A stretch of 64,000 bases of DNA, taken from Somniosus microcephalus (Eukaryota). Made by a program: the position numbers and the translations under genes. Shown one piece after another: positions 25,955 through 39,200 of this stretch. The notes beneath the pieces are model-generated. The model searched no databases. It worked only from the letters and a program-made list of their open reading frames with translations, and was not told the origin of the DNA. Location: NCBI GenBank assembly GCA_052327205.1, contig CM126230.1, positions 22,630,001 to 22,694,000 of the forward strand. Direction: 5' to 3'. Within the stretch, counting starts at the first letter, position 1. Each line of letters starts with the position of its first letter.

Positions 25955-27097
25955 TATGTCTGTAGCAGTTTGGAGAGAGTTTGAATAGCAACAAAATGAC
26001 AGACACATGCAGAAGGAAGCAGACAGGAGCTACTGACTCCTTCAGTCAAATGGCCAAATATAAAGTTCCAGGCAGGGACTTGTACATGGCACGAGGAAAG
26101 AATATCACCGGACTGAGAGAGAGGCACTATAGAACTGAATTAATTATTCTGTTCAAAGGAAATCTCATAGAATGAATGGATTTTTTTTCCTTTGGAAAAT
26201 GTTCCTGCTCTCTCCCTTGCTTGGTCCTGTGTTACCTTGTGTTAACCCTTATGTTAATTGTGTCTTGTAAACTCCAGGCAAGAAATTGAATAATTCCTTT
26301 TCAGGAAAAAACACTGCATGTTATCACAGCCGCGAATGAATAATTTTGACTCAACATGGCTGTGCACTGGATTCCACCTAATATTCTCTCGCAGGTTTTC
26401 TAACCTGTCTGTTTTCTATTCTTGGTTCAGTGCTTGGATCCAGTCTGAATGGTCAAAACCCATGAAATCCGGCATTGGAGCAGTAACCCTATTCTATTCT
26501 TAAAAGGATATGATTTTCACTGAAGACTTGAGCGTTTTTTTAAATAAGTGTTCCCATAATTAAGAATGTGCTTGACTATTTAGCGACCTGTGTGTAATTA
26601 TACTAACAATTAATTTCAGGATGTAAGGGAAGAGGAAGAGTCTGCTAGCCGATAATTGCACTGGGATACATGGCAATGAGTGGAGACTGGACTTTGAAAA
26701 TTTCTTACTTCAAAAAGAGAGTGTGGCATTTCCTTTATTACTGCTTATGACTAAATTGTGGTTGAAGTGGCATCTAAACAAATTACTTCATATATGGTAC
26801 ATCTGTATATACAACAAATAAGCTGCACGACCAATCGAGTTTTATAACCCAACATGAAATCCCCTGCTGTACTTTCCCTCAGGCACTCACAGAACTTAAA
26901 TTTGTTTGAAACCACTAAGGTGCACATTAAAGTCTACTCGAGACAGCTGGCCTGCATTGATATAGTGCCTCAAGTAGTGGAACGTCAGAGTTATTATAAC
27001 GCCAGATGAAGAAATGTGAAATCCCTGTGTATTCATTTTCACTCTCCTTTCCCCATACGTATGTGGTTGAAGTGGCTTCTAAACAAAGTACTTCATA

Positions 27098-27433
27098 CAG
27101 GAAACTTTGTGATATCCGGCACCGACGGGACCGAGCTGTTGCCGATCTATCAAAACTGCCGGACAAACCAGCGTTAATGTTGAAGCATACGGAGATTTTC
27201 AGCTCCGTATCTGGCAACAAACACTGTTGCTTAGCAACAGCTTCTAAACAGTCGGCCGTACCGTAGAAGAATCTCTGTAGCTTAGCAACAGCTTCAGAGA
27301 GACTTTGCAGGGCCTGACTGTTGGGGAAAAAAAGCCATGAGAAGAAAAAAAAACCTAACAAAACGGCTCCTGATTTCTGCCGGTAGATTGAGGTTTCCGG
27401 ACATACAACCTCCGGATAAACCAAAGTTTCCTG
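27098..27433. mobile_element. Same MITE, copy 2, inverted
   Basis: TA|CAGGAAACTTTGTGATATCCGG...CCGGATAAACCAAAGTTTCCTG|TA; reverse complement of copy 1 over its full length. Confidence 0.85.
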
Positions 27434-27998
27434 TATATATGGTACATACATCGGTGCTTTAAACCATACTTTCGTTTTTTTTAATTCTCTTGCTGGGATT
27501 TTCTTTTTGCCACTTCTCTGCCATCCTTACTAAATGTTACTTAGTTGGAACTGATGAAAACTGGGGGTTTGACCCAGTTTCCTCCTGCCAATGTTATCAA
27601 GATAAGAGTTGAATTATCATGGTATCATTTTTAAACCAAATCCCTAATTTGAGCCCACGTCTTTAAATTTAGTTTCCAACCTGTAAAGCTAAATCTTGTA
27701 CAAAGAACCCTCTAATAGACTGAATGTTGCTTAAACCGTGCACACACTGTACTGTTCCAGCCATGGTGACAGAATAAAACTCAGCTTTAGAAGCCGTCCT
27801 GAACGCATTGCTACAGGTTTTGCACTTTGGAACAAATGTGAATGGGTTGTAGTTTGTCAGGTTTCAATACCATCGTGCTTTAGAGCTGCTTATACTGTTC
27901 ACGTCACACATATTGATGTGGCTGGTTTATTCGATTGTAATGCTGCTGAAAAATGACCTGTCTGCTACATTACTGACTTGTTTCCTTATTTCTCATAG

Positions 27999-28015
27999 CA
28001 CAGGTGCAGCAATGA
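27999..28015 (+). CDS. MAPK8: JNK1 last exon, p46 (short) isoform via upstream acceptor
   Basis: ctcaTAG|CACAGGTGCAGCAATGA gives (A)QVQQ*, the known p46 C-terminus. Confidence 0.92.
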
Positions 28016-28149
28016 TCAATGGTTCTCATCATCCATCTTCTTCATCATCTGTCAATGATGTGTCCTCCATGTCAACAGATCCAACATTGGCCTCAGATAC
28101 CGACAGCAGTCTAGAGACGTCGGCGGGACCTCTGGGCTGTTGCAGATGA
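28004..28149 (+). CDS. MAPK8: JNK1 last exon, p54 (long) isoform via acceptor 5 nt downstream
   Basis: caCAG|GTGCAG; [48 protein letters not shown]. Confidence 0.95.
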
Positions 28150-28153
28150 CTAG
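28147..28153 (+). promoter_or_regulatory. UGA-CUAG stop-codon readthrough context
   Basis: p54 stop reads TGA CTAG; next in-frame stop TAA at 28186-28188. Confidence 0.7.
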
Positions 28154-31100
28154 CCTCCCTCTCTCTGGGTTCTTACTGTTTGCGCTAAATGATAGAGAGG
28201 GTAGACCAGCTTTTAAAAAGCTCCAACTGCGTTTTAATTTTATTGGAATCAGTTTGCCATAGAATATGACTTTGAATTATGTTGGATTTACATACAGTAA
28301 CTTAAATACAGCAACGTTTAGTGTGGGGCAAGTAACCCTAAAGCATGACTTGTACATTTGTAAAGGACTGACATTTAACACCATTACATTTGGGTCTGTT
28401 TTGGGAGGAAAAACGATGACAAAATACAAATAAGCTCCAGCCTCTCGGTGCGCAGAGTTAGGCTACTTTTCACTCTTTTCTCACTTGCATGAAGTGGTTT
28501 ATGCCGTTTAAACATTCTGGGATCTTTTCTACTCTGGTTGGCTCTGGCTTACTGCTCGTTGTGGACTAGGACAATAAGTTATCATGTTTCGGCCTAACCT
28601 GCCAGTGCCCGTAATAAACTTTGGTTGACTAGGTGGCCTACCTGTTTACATTACACCTCCAAAGCTGAACCTGAACGTGTTTTCAATTTTAATGCAGCCA
28701 TTTTGGGTAAGGCTACTGGGTGCAAAGTTAGGAGTATTCAAACAGGGTATTAAAAAAAAAAAAAAAAAAATCTCCTGTTGTGTAAGCTAATGGAGAGGAG
28801 TAGAATTGGGAAGCGAAAGTGTGACACCGGAAAGATTAGGCACCGCAAGTGAAGACCGCACAGAATGAGTTTTATTTCTTGAGTGAATGCCAGCTCTAAG
28901 CTTATTCTAATAAGATCACATTGCCCCTAATAAGCTGTTCTTTCTAATTGCGAGTGATTTGGTTAATTCCTTTCTGTTCTACTCGGAGTTCACAATGTAC
29001 AGTGCCCTGCAATAATAATGGTTTAATTTGTAACTGGCTTTTTCCTAACATAACTTGTCAAAATGCCAACCTCGACGAGAATCGATGGAGTAGGGTTATA
29101 TTCCAGGCAAACATTACACACTTCACAAGTGACAGAACTAACATATCAAAAGAGGTTCTTAAATAATTAATGAACTACCTCACACAATCAATGTACCATT
29201 TCAAGGCCATCAAGCTGCCCACTTTCCTACCATTCAGTACAATATGGAATGTAACTGTTTTAATTTATTTCTGTTGTTAAAGTGTCTCTGGTCCACCACC
29301 AGGAGTTAACCAAATTCACAGCTGAAACTGTTGTGTAGAAGGAAATATTGTTATCCATGTACTTTGTATGTTAGAGAGATGTTTAATGCGTTTGTATATT
29401 TGTTTTCTCATAGTCAATGTGCAATAATCTTTGCAAATTGTGATACAAATTTGATTGTAAAGATGGGAATAGCTGTGTTGTGGTATACTTATTTTGGAGG
29501 ACAGTGTGGGGATGTGAAGGGATTGTAGTACTTTTTTTCCCATTTTTACTTCAGTTTAAAAACTAGTGTACAATGAATTGTAAGATTGTAATAAATGCCA
29601 CGCTTAGGTAGCTGAGGGCATGGTGCCTGCATCTGCTCCTTGGGTTAGTTTATTTTTTTAGTGCGTACTTGCGTTGAATAATTGCTGTGTATCTTTTCCC
29701 CCCTAAATGTTTATATCCAGTATGGACTACAGGAATGTATGCAGTAAATTGGATATTACAAAAAATTAGCCGAGATGATGATTATTGTTAATGAATCACG
29801 TTCATCTTAATAATTGACCATTTTTGTACCGAAAATAGCCATCTTTACTCAGTTATAAGTAACAAAATGGAATGAAAGTAACATGCCTCATGATTGCAAC
29901 AATGAGCTGACCCAGGCGTTTGCACTCTAGGATTTTTGGGATGTTCATTTTACAGTAGATGAGTGAACTAAGGCCAGCTGTCTCCCAGGGCATGGGATGA
30001 TTTACAGATTTTCTAAAATACTACCTTTTAAACAGCTTCTGAAATTATAACTCCTTCTATTAAGAATTCTCTCAACCTCCCTCAGCACAGACAGGGCTTT
30101 AGTCCTTTTGTGCCAGAAATGGATCATCCTTTTATGCTGGTGATTTTGAGCTAGACTGATTTAAATGCTTGTCTGATTAGACTGATTATAAAAGGATTCA
30201 CAGTAGGAGTTAAATTACATTTTGGATTTTATGCAGGGTAGAAAATCCTATTTGGAATCCCCCCCCCCCCCCCCCCAAATAAGTAACTGCATTCTAAAAT
30301 TAAGAACCAGCTTAAAAATTAGATGTAAACTTTATAGTTTTTATATTTTCAGTCTTTAGATTTTAGTACTTAACTATTTTAATGTGAAGCTTAACATATC
30401 ACATTCCCCAACCCCCCCTCCTCGTGCAGTGAAATCACCTGTTAAATTATAGATAAAAAAGCAAAGAATATAAATGCTGGAAATCTTCGCAGAAAATGCT
30501 GCAAATACACAACCGGCAGACAGCAGCTGAAAGAGAAACGGGTTAAAGTTCGTGGTAGCATCTCGTAATCAGTTCAAGAATTATAAACCTGCCTCTTCTC
30601 TTTACAGATGTGGACTGTCCTGTTCTGTATTTGGCAGTATTTTTTGTGTTTACTTCAATTGTAAAACTTGTTTTTAGTGTCTTTCTTAAACCACCGGAAT
30701 ACCAAAATCACTGCACACTGCTGGTGTATACGTTGTCATTTTGAATAATCTATTTTACATTTAAATTACTATTTTAAAAAATCACTCATCCTTAGTTCCA
30801 CAGTGCTTATTCTCTATTCTCCTCCCCCAGAAAAAATTCCACCAATTATGTTTGCATTTTCACACACTTTTACTGTTTGTGTGTGTCGTATACAAATAAT
30901 TATGCTGTTAGTGCCAAATTTGTAAGGGGGTGGGGGGGGGGGGGGAAATAGTTTCCGTTAATTGTAATGTTTTCACAAAATTTGCCACTCGCGTGCAAAT
31001 TGCCCTCTGGCCTAATTCCTCCAGTAAGCCATTTTTTTCTATATCTGCAGTGACTCTTGGAGAACAGTTCCGACCTTTTACGTCGCTACATTTTGTGAAT

Positions 31101-31444
31101 TTGTATTTCATGCTTTGTCAGTGCTCCATAATCTTCCAATACGGAAAAAAATAAATGTTGGAAGTGTCATTTTTGGTTGTTATCTGACATGTTTTATCTG
31201 TGGGCGGGGGGATGGGGGATACAGACAATTTGAGAAAATGATCAAGTGATTCCATTTCTTTCAAAAGAGTTCGTTATACCATTCCAATAGTCCTAAAGTT
31301 ACAGTAATTGGGTACTTCCAGTCAGTTGACGGATAGCTCCCTAGATACAGTAAACTTGCTTTCTCTTACAGTTAACTGCTTCATGGGTGAAATCATGCTT
31401 TAAAAATGGAGTGTACATTTCAACCAAACACCTTGTTTAAAATG

Positions 31445-31450
31445 AATAAA
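31445..31450 (+). terminator. Candidate MAPK8 polyadenylation signal (alternatives at 29590-29595 and 31150-31155)
   Basis: AATAAA with upstream TGTA and downstream GT/T-rich tract (TTTATGTTTGTCTG); no transcript evidence. Confidence 0.4.
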
Positions 31451-34130
31451 TCATGGCACAGGGTTACTTTATGTTTGTCTGCTTTCTTCCATAAAGACAT
31501 GGATGTAATTAGAATTGCAGTGGCCTCTTGTCAAAACACATTGATGGATAGCTGAAGAATAACATTTACTGAACAAGCAAAGGGTAAATTTCAGCGAGGC
31601 ACAGGATGTGAACTTAGTACTGACCTCCAACCTTTGACCCTGTGCTTGTGTTGGTTGTAGCCCAGGGTCACGTTGTCAGTTCACCACATGAGTACCTAAA
31701 TCTGGCTACTGACATTACTGCAAGCATAACTTTATAACCAGTGACGTTGGGAAGAACCCTTTAGTGGGCTGTTGCTTTTTAATCTCTTCATTGCGTTTAC
31801 GGTGTTGAGTTATAAACTGTGGAGCATTGCAGCTTAACCCCATTTATTCTTTACTTATATTTAGTTACTTCAGTGTCCACAGAATTAATTTACATATGTG
31901 GAATAGCAGTATTTAAAAAATCTGCATCAGTGCATGGTGCCCCATGATGGATTAATTGACGTGTTACAGATTCTGCCAGGTGCCAAGGCTCCACAGGCTG
32001 GTTGAGTGCCAGCTCCCTTACCAGTCTTTTCACTCATGAAGGAACTGCCATAACTCACTTGTACATATGCTTCAATTGCTATGGACAACTTCAGTTGGGT
32101 TATTTGACACTTGTTTGGGGTGTGGGACTTGTTTAAACAAGATTGATGTAAATTGTCGAAAGGTTTAAGTTCACAATGTGTAGGCACAGAAACAAGTTGT
32201 CTACTGAGCAGTGTTGCACTCTACGTAGCTATTAACGTTTTGCTATAGCTAATTTATAATCTGAAATTGGAAAGATAAAGAGCTGGCGTGCACCAGTAAA
32301 TGAGCTTACGCAACTAACTTAGTGTTGGGACTTTCTGGTAAGACAGTTAATAAGTGCTGCAAACTGTTGACTCTTGGTTCCAAGTCCTGTAGAATGCAGG
32401 AACAGCAAGCACCTGGTTCCAGCTTGTGGACTAGCACATTCCTTACTAGTAAGCATTTCTTTCCCATTTCGGTTCAAAGAAAGAAATAGTTTGGCCAACG
32501 TTTGGCTGATAAAGCACTGTATGGAAAGTTGTAATAGTGCAATAGCCTAATGCTGGTTTCCTTGTCCTTCTGTGACCGTCTCACAGTTGAGAAGATACAA
32601 ATCAAGGTGATCTATTTATGAAAAAGAATGTAGTCCTGGTTTCTTTTAATTATGCTTACCCTTCCAAAACAAAATATTCTTTGGTTCCTGGACAGTTGTA
32701 TTTCTGTTTTTTCCCTTTGCTCTTACAGACACCAGCCTACCAAAGGGGCATCCATGACTCTTCTAGTGGCAACACTTTACCAGGTTATACACCGCTACCC
32801 AGTTAACTGCTTCACCGTCTCGGCCATTGCGATTTTACAACACACGTTTCCCTGGCCAAGTTGCCATGTTTATTTTTCTTCTCGACCTTTTTGCTATTAA
32901 GTGCAACTTGTAAGGTGAATTTCTGTTTGAAATGTATATATAATTGTCTAATATATGGTGAAAGGTTCTTAATGCTGTATGTAAAGGTTAATGGGTCTGA
33001 GTTCCAAATTTGTTGTCTTTATTCAGAAGGGGTTGGAGAGAAGTGGAGGGTTTGTACTTGTTTCTGTGGCTGAATCACTAATCAAAACTGAACTGGTAGT
33101 TCCATTTCTATGTTCTACTAGTGCCTACTATATTCTGCTGTTGGTTGACATTTTCTTAAGGGACAGTAATCCTTCTGTTTGACAACATTATGGAATATGT
33201 ACTCTAAGGATGCAGAAGGTGTTGGTGTAATTTTCATACCTCCCACATCTCAAGGGAGCTGTTCCTTTTATATGGTGCTGTTTGTTACTGAGGGTCTACT
33301 GCTAACCGTGTGAACTTAACACTGGTGCTATACGCCTATCTATCTGCAAGTATCAAACCAAAAAAATGTTTCTCTGCATGACTACCCTGTATTTATTATG
33401 ATTACAATATAAGGGTTTCTAAATACAAACTGGTAATATTGAATTCAGCCAAATTCAGGCTTCTTCCATAAATTTGTAACTCTCCCTTATTGGGTGATTA
33501 CAGAATCGAACTCAAAGGGTTGTGTTTAAAATGAAGCAATGAGAAATGTAGCAGACTTGCATCTAGATTTGTTTTGTGGTCCTTATAATGGATATATAAA
33601 CCCCATCAATGACATACCCATAATTATTGCATGCAGCTTCTACTCTCGTTGCTTCATGCCAGACAGCCCACCTCAGTCCCTTTTATAGGATCTGAGAATG
33701 TCAATGCAGGCTCTGCACGTGAGCCATCATTTGGCTCTTGGGTTTAAACTCAACAAACGAGCATTTTTTTTGTGTTGAACTGTAGCTTCCACGATGAGAT
33801 CTGGACTTGGTGCTGAGCAGGTACACGGGTGCATTGGTGAAATGGAGGCCTTCCCTGCGAGGTGGCTAACTTGCCACAAATACAGCTTCAGTGGTACAGT
33901 CCTAAACTGCAGTGACGAGGCTTATAAAATATAAGCTATCATTTTACTTGGCTTTTGTGGAGAGTCACAAATATTAGAATGATTCTAACTATAATATGGG
34001 CAGCATTCCTGCTAAAAGCTGTAATCTGTACAGAAAAATCACCCGGAGTTTGCAGCTAAGCAGACTCCAGTAAAACTAAAGTACATTTGGTGTGGAGTGG
34101 AAACCTTTTCCAATTTGGGTTCACCGCAGC

Positions 34131-35008
34131 GACACTGGCAAGGCTGCTTTTACTGCCCGTCCCTTAGTTGCCCTGACAACTGAGTGGCTTGCTTGGCCAT
34201 TTCAGTATGCATGCAGCCCCAAGTAGTGCTCAATCATAGGAAAAGTTGTTTTGGGCATAGGTAAATACATTTACACGCCAATGCAGTCTTAACAATAACA
34301 AGTCACATTGAAAAGGCTTTTACTATGGGGTGCTTTTACCAGTGTAGAATTGCATACAAAAATTGGACTGCCTTGCTCTGAGATGTATGTGTTTTGTATT
34401 CACTGACCAGTGCAATGGATGTAGAGTACTTGCAAGTGTTACTGTCCCTTTTTTTTAAAGCTTCTTGGATCAAGTCATGTACTAATATTCAGTCACATGA
34501 GTAATCTGTACAGGTTTTGGAGGAGGATTTTTAAAATTAAATGATTGTGAAATGTGAAGACTACCAGAATGTGGTGAAGTATTAAATCAAATCTTAAAAA
34601 AAAAAGTTACTGACTTCTGTTTATTTCTGATGATGACTTTGGTACCCGTGCCTTTCTTTTAAAACGGAAGACTGCAGGTGTGTTGAGCGCGAGTGCCCCT
34701 TTCTGCACCTCTCCCCAAGGAAAGACGGGCAAAATGTGAAACCTTCTGTTCTCTGGATGTAGGCGGCACTGGCCAGGCTGCATTTATTGCCCATCCCTAG
34801 TTGCCCTGACAACTGAGTGGCTTGCTTGGCACTTCAGTATGCATACAATAGTGCACAATCTAAGGGAAATTTGATTTGATCACGGATAAATATATTTACA
34901 CACCAATACAGTCTTAATATTAACAAATCACATTGGGGTGGCTTTTACGATGGGTGCATTTACCAACATGGAGTTGCATACAAAGATTTGACTGCCTTGC
35001 TCTGTGAC
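34131..35008. repeat. Diverged local direct duplication (~250 bp; 34131-34385 and 34765-35008)
   Basis: Shared blocks TAGTTGCCCTGACAACTGAGTGGCTTGCTTGGC, CAGTATGCAT, ATTTACAC, TTGCATACAAA, GACTGCCTTGCTCTG in the same order. Confidence 0.8.
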
Positions 35009-35061
35009 ATTTGTCTGTAAAGATCTGCGATTCCAACCAGATCTGCAAGTAGGAACATTGG

Positions 35062-35405
35062 GAAGAACATAGGAACAGGAGGCCATTCAGCCCCTCGAAC
35101 CTGTTCTGCCATTCAATTAGATCATGGCTGATCTGTATCTCAACTCCATTTACCTGCCTTGGTTCCATAACCCATAATACCTTTACCTAACCTGAGATTT
35201 TCAATTGACCCCCAGCCTCAACAGCTTTTTTGGGGGGAGAGTTCCATATATCCACTACCCTTTGTGTGAAGTGCTTCCTGACATCACCCCTTAACGGCTT
35301 ATCTCTAATCTTAAGATTATGCCCCCGTGTTCTGGACTCCCCCCACCAGAGGAAATAGTTTCTACCCTAACAAATCCTTTAATCTTAAACACCTCAATTA
35401 GATCA
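35062..35405 (-). mobile_element. CR1 LINE 3' fragment
   Basis: Reverse CR1 tail GGCCATTCAGCCCCTCGAACCTGTTCTGCCATTCAATTAGATCATGGCTGATC. Confidence 0.8.
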
Positions 35406-36065
35406 CCATAAGTCTGACACTATTTATTTCAAGTATTCTATTGAGAGTTTCTAAAGCAGCGGCTGCAGTTACTGAATTGTTCTGCCAAAGATACTACAAT
35501 AGTTTTGCTTTAGGTGCACAAGCCTTTCAGATTTTAAATTCTTTATGACTTGATACTTTGCTCAGTTGATTTAAACAGCCATTGCATAGATTTATCACCT
35601 GCCTCTGTGCTAATCTACCTTTCTCTTTAAAAGTTTGTTCTAACTTGGCATCTGGATGTGGATGCATGTTTCAAATGAATTAAATTAGAAGATTGGAGTA
35701 GGACTAGATCTGCTGACATGTTCAATAGGAATTTGGAATAGCCAAGTGTTTAGGAATTGGATTCCAAGTTTTCTTGAAAACTCATTCAAGTCCTAATGTT
35801 TTAATATACTAGCAGATCTGCTCATGGGAGGTCGGAGGGCATGCTGCTTTATTAGGATAGGAGAATGATGCCATGTAAAGTTGAAGCCTTCCTGTGACAA
35901 TTAGAGGCTAGTTCTTGGGAAGAACTTTGTCACTAGAGGTCAAGCTGGCTTTGTTTAATTTTTTTCCCCAAATATAACTCCTGAAATCAATTAGAAGGTA
36001 TTTTCTCTTTTTTCTTTAAAGGCTGCATTTGTTGACACCACCACTACAATTAAAGTAGAAATGTA

Positions 36066-36855
36066 GGGGGTGATTTTCACTCAGAAGTCGGGAAGGAGGC
36101 GGGACTACAACTTTCAGGGTTGTAGTCCCGCCTCCATTGAGATGCGGCCAATCCACGCGATTTTAACTTGATTGAGCTTGCCCAGCGGGCTCAGCAGGCC
36201 AATTAAGGGGCAACCGGTGACATCGCAGACTGAAATTTAATCTGTCAAGATGTTTTGACAGATGAAATATCAGCATTCGACAGCTGTTTGAAGCTGTCAA
36301 ACACTGACAGTCTTACTTCTAACCTGAGTCCTACACAGACTCGGTTAGAAATCTCTCTGGCACAGAAAGCCTCAGGCTGTCACTTTTGACAGTTCGCAGC
36401 CGTTCTGCTTTCTGTGCCGGTTAGATGATGGACTCCCGCAACCTAGAGGAAGGAAGGCTAAAAAGGTAAGTACAGGCAATTTAAACTTCTTTACACACTT
36501 TAGACACACCAAACACACTTACCTTTGCACTCATGCACCCATCACTCACCTGAACACCGACATCTCGACCCCTCCAAGTCCTTCAGCCCGACGACTCTAA
36601 CTTGGCGTGGTTTGGAGCCGTTGGGAATCCCATAGTTCAAGCTTTAAAATAGGGATTAGCCTAAAAACTGCCTGTTAACTACCTGTTAATCCCTTCCCAC
36701 CTTGGGTAGGCGGGTCCCAGTGCGGGGCGGGTACCCGCCTCCTTTGAAACTGGCATGGAGGCGGGATGGTGTCGGGACCCCTGAATTCAGGACTTTAACA
36801 CCCCCCCCCCGCACGCCTCCAATCCCGACTCCACGGGTCAGTTAAAATCGAGGCC
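36066..36855. mobile_element. Non-autonomous DNA transposon (Harbinger-like), GC-rich, with internal palindromes
   Basis: Imperfect TIRs GGGGTGATTTTCAC / GTTAAAATCGAGGCC; several internal inverted repeats. Confidence 0.55.
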
Positions 36856-38925
36856 TTGTTGTCTCCGCCAGGAAGTGGGAGTTTAAAAAAAATTGAGCCT
36901 CAGAAATCTGCATGTGAAATTGCAACATGTGAAACATGAGCGTTGCATCACAGAATGGCTTGTATAGACTGATCTTCTGCCATTGCTTAATGGTAAGTCG
37001 GAGATTATACTGTTGCGAGGGACTGTAGGGAGGGATGTATATCTCGAAGGAAATGATTTGTAAGAGAACTCCCCAGAGACATTAAAGTATGTGTTTCTGA
37101 TTGGCTCCTGGAAAATGAATGGTGTTTTTCTTACCCAGTTAGATAACTAAATATAAGAATTAATCATTTCATAAGTTTTTTTTAGTTGCAAGTTTAAACA
37201 ATTAAAAGGCAGCTGTTATAAGTAACCATTTTAGATTCTATATAAAGATTCCACTTTGAAATTTGCCATTGTTTAATTTGTCTCACACAACGTGCTGCTA
37301 GCACTTTCTTGATTACATCTAACCTGTATTTTCACAGGAGAATTTTGAAGAATTAATACTTGACTTTGTTTTCAATATTTTGTACAAAGAAAGGAACACA
37401 CTCTAGTTATCTTCAGTGTCACAAAATTGTTCTTTTGGAGGTGGTCATTGCTGGAAGCAGGACTGACAGCGAGTCCTGGCACACTCTGCAGTTGTGTGTA
37501 CAGGTGCATGCGGGAACTATAACCTGCTAATTTGAGTATCCTTACCAAACTGCTGGTTTTGGGAACCTCAGTGAGCTCACCTTTCTGGTTGCTCACATAG
37601 GTACAGGCCTTTAACAGAGAACCAAATTACAGTAGATAAGTGTAATTATTTTTGGTCTATTATGCTGCAAACGTTACTCCTTGTAAGTGTTCATATTAGC
37701 GGATAAAGCAAGAAGGTGGCTAAAGGAATTTTTCCAAGATATTTGGAGTAATCTGATTGGTTCGGCTTTATTTTATTGCTAGCTGTTGCCAATTGCCCAT
37801 TTTGATTGTAGCTTGTTTGAATTTGATTGATGTTGATTGTTGCTTGGCACTCGCTGATTGGTATTTTGGTTACTTGTTCAGCTGTGATTTGCTATTTTAT
37901 GAATTTGAAATTTGAGCCAAAAAGTGAAAGAAATATTCACCTATGATGAACGAAGTGTGACAGAGAAAACGCATGCCAGATGTACTGTTTTAATATGTGA
38001 ATTTGCTCTCTGTCAAAAGAGGCACTGTTTTAAAATAGAGGGGTTACACCATGCATAATATATTATTACATTGATTTGATGTTGTGACTGAATAATAGGT
38101 CAAATTTATTACATGTTATACTGGCATTTTTACTGGTGTTTTTGAGCATCAAATTCCATAACTCCAATTTTCTGTGTAAACTATAAATCAGTAGCCACGG
38201 TTATTCATGCATTTCTTTACCCATGTACTTAATTTTTATTTCTTATCCTTTCTAAAGACTACAGTGCATCATATACTGAGATAGGTACTAGGATCGGGCA
38301 GGGAGAGGCTGTTGTGGAGATAATGGAAGGCACAGAGATGGGGGAGAAAGCGAGGCCCAAGGAGAGTGGGCAGATGGTGGCTGGTACGAGGCGGTGGGCT
38401 TGTTCCAAAGGGGGTTGGATGCACATCTCAAGTGAAAGAATTTGGAAATAATGTTGTAACCGTTCTATCAAGGGTCAGTGAAGCAAACATTTTTTTGATA
38501 AAATTGTTTTTCTTTTTCTCATTTTCTCTTCTTTCTGCCAGCCTCTGTTCCTGCACTTAAAAAAAAATAAGCACTTGAAAATAATGTTCCTTTCCAAGCT
38601 TGCCACAAAAAAGTTTCTAACTGGTTTGGAAATCATTTAGAAAGACAAAAGCATAATTACTGTTCTAGCCTAAAGAAGGACATGTTTCAAGTTGTTGAGG
38701 TGATTCATACGGATGCAGGCTGGGATTTTTCCGCAGTGTTCATGTTAGACTGTGGTACCCTGAGAATTTGCAGACACAGGGATAGTTCTTCAATCTCTTC
38801 AGCTGACAGGTCCGGGAAGAATAGGAGCACAAACATCTACGTATGACATCTAGTAAGACCAAGACCTCTGAGGAAAAAAAATGTGAATGAAGGTGTTCAA
38901 AGATGCAAAATAAAGTTTAGTCGAT

Positions 38926-39200
38926 TAAAAAAAGAAAGACTTGTGTTTATATAGCGTCTTTCGTGACCACCTGCTGTCCCAAAGAGCTTTACAGCCAATT
39001 AAGTACTTTTGAAGTGTAGTCGCTATTGTAATGTAGGAAACGCAGGAGCCAATTTGTGCACAGCAAGCTCCCACAAACGGCAATGTGATAATTGACCAGC
39101 TAATCTGTTTTAGTGATGTTGATTGAGGGATAATGGGACTTGAATCCACAACCTTCTGCCTCAGAGGCAAGGGTGCGACCCACTGAGCCACTGCTGACGC
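38926..39200 (-). mobile_element. Deu-SINE with internal deletion
   Basis: Reverse complement of the 1-272 tail joined directly to a tRNA-like head (TGGCTCAGTGG...GGATTCAAGTCC). Confidence 0.7.

Noticed and set aside
25631-27451. Similar 117-aa and 174-aa ORFs on opposite strands suggesting a duplicated gene
   Set aside because: They are translations of the two inverted MITE copies.
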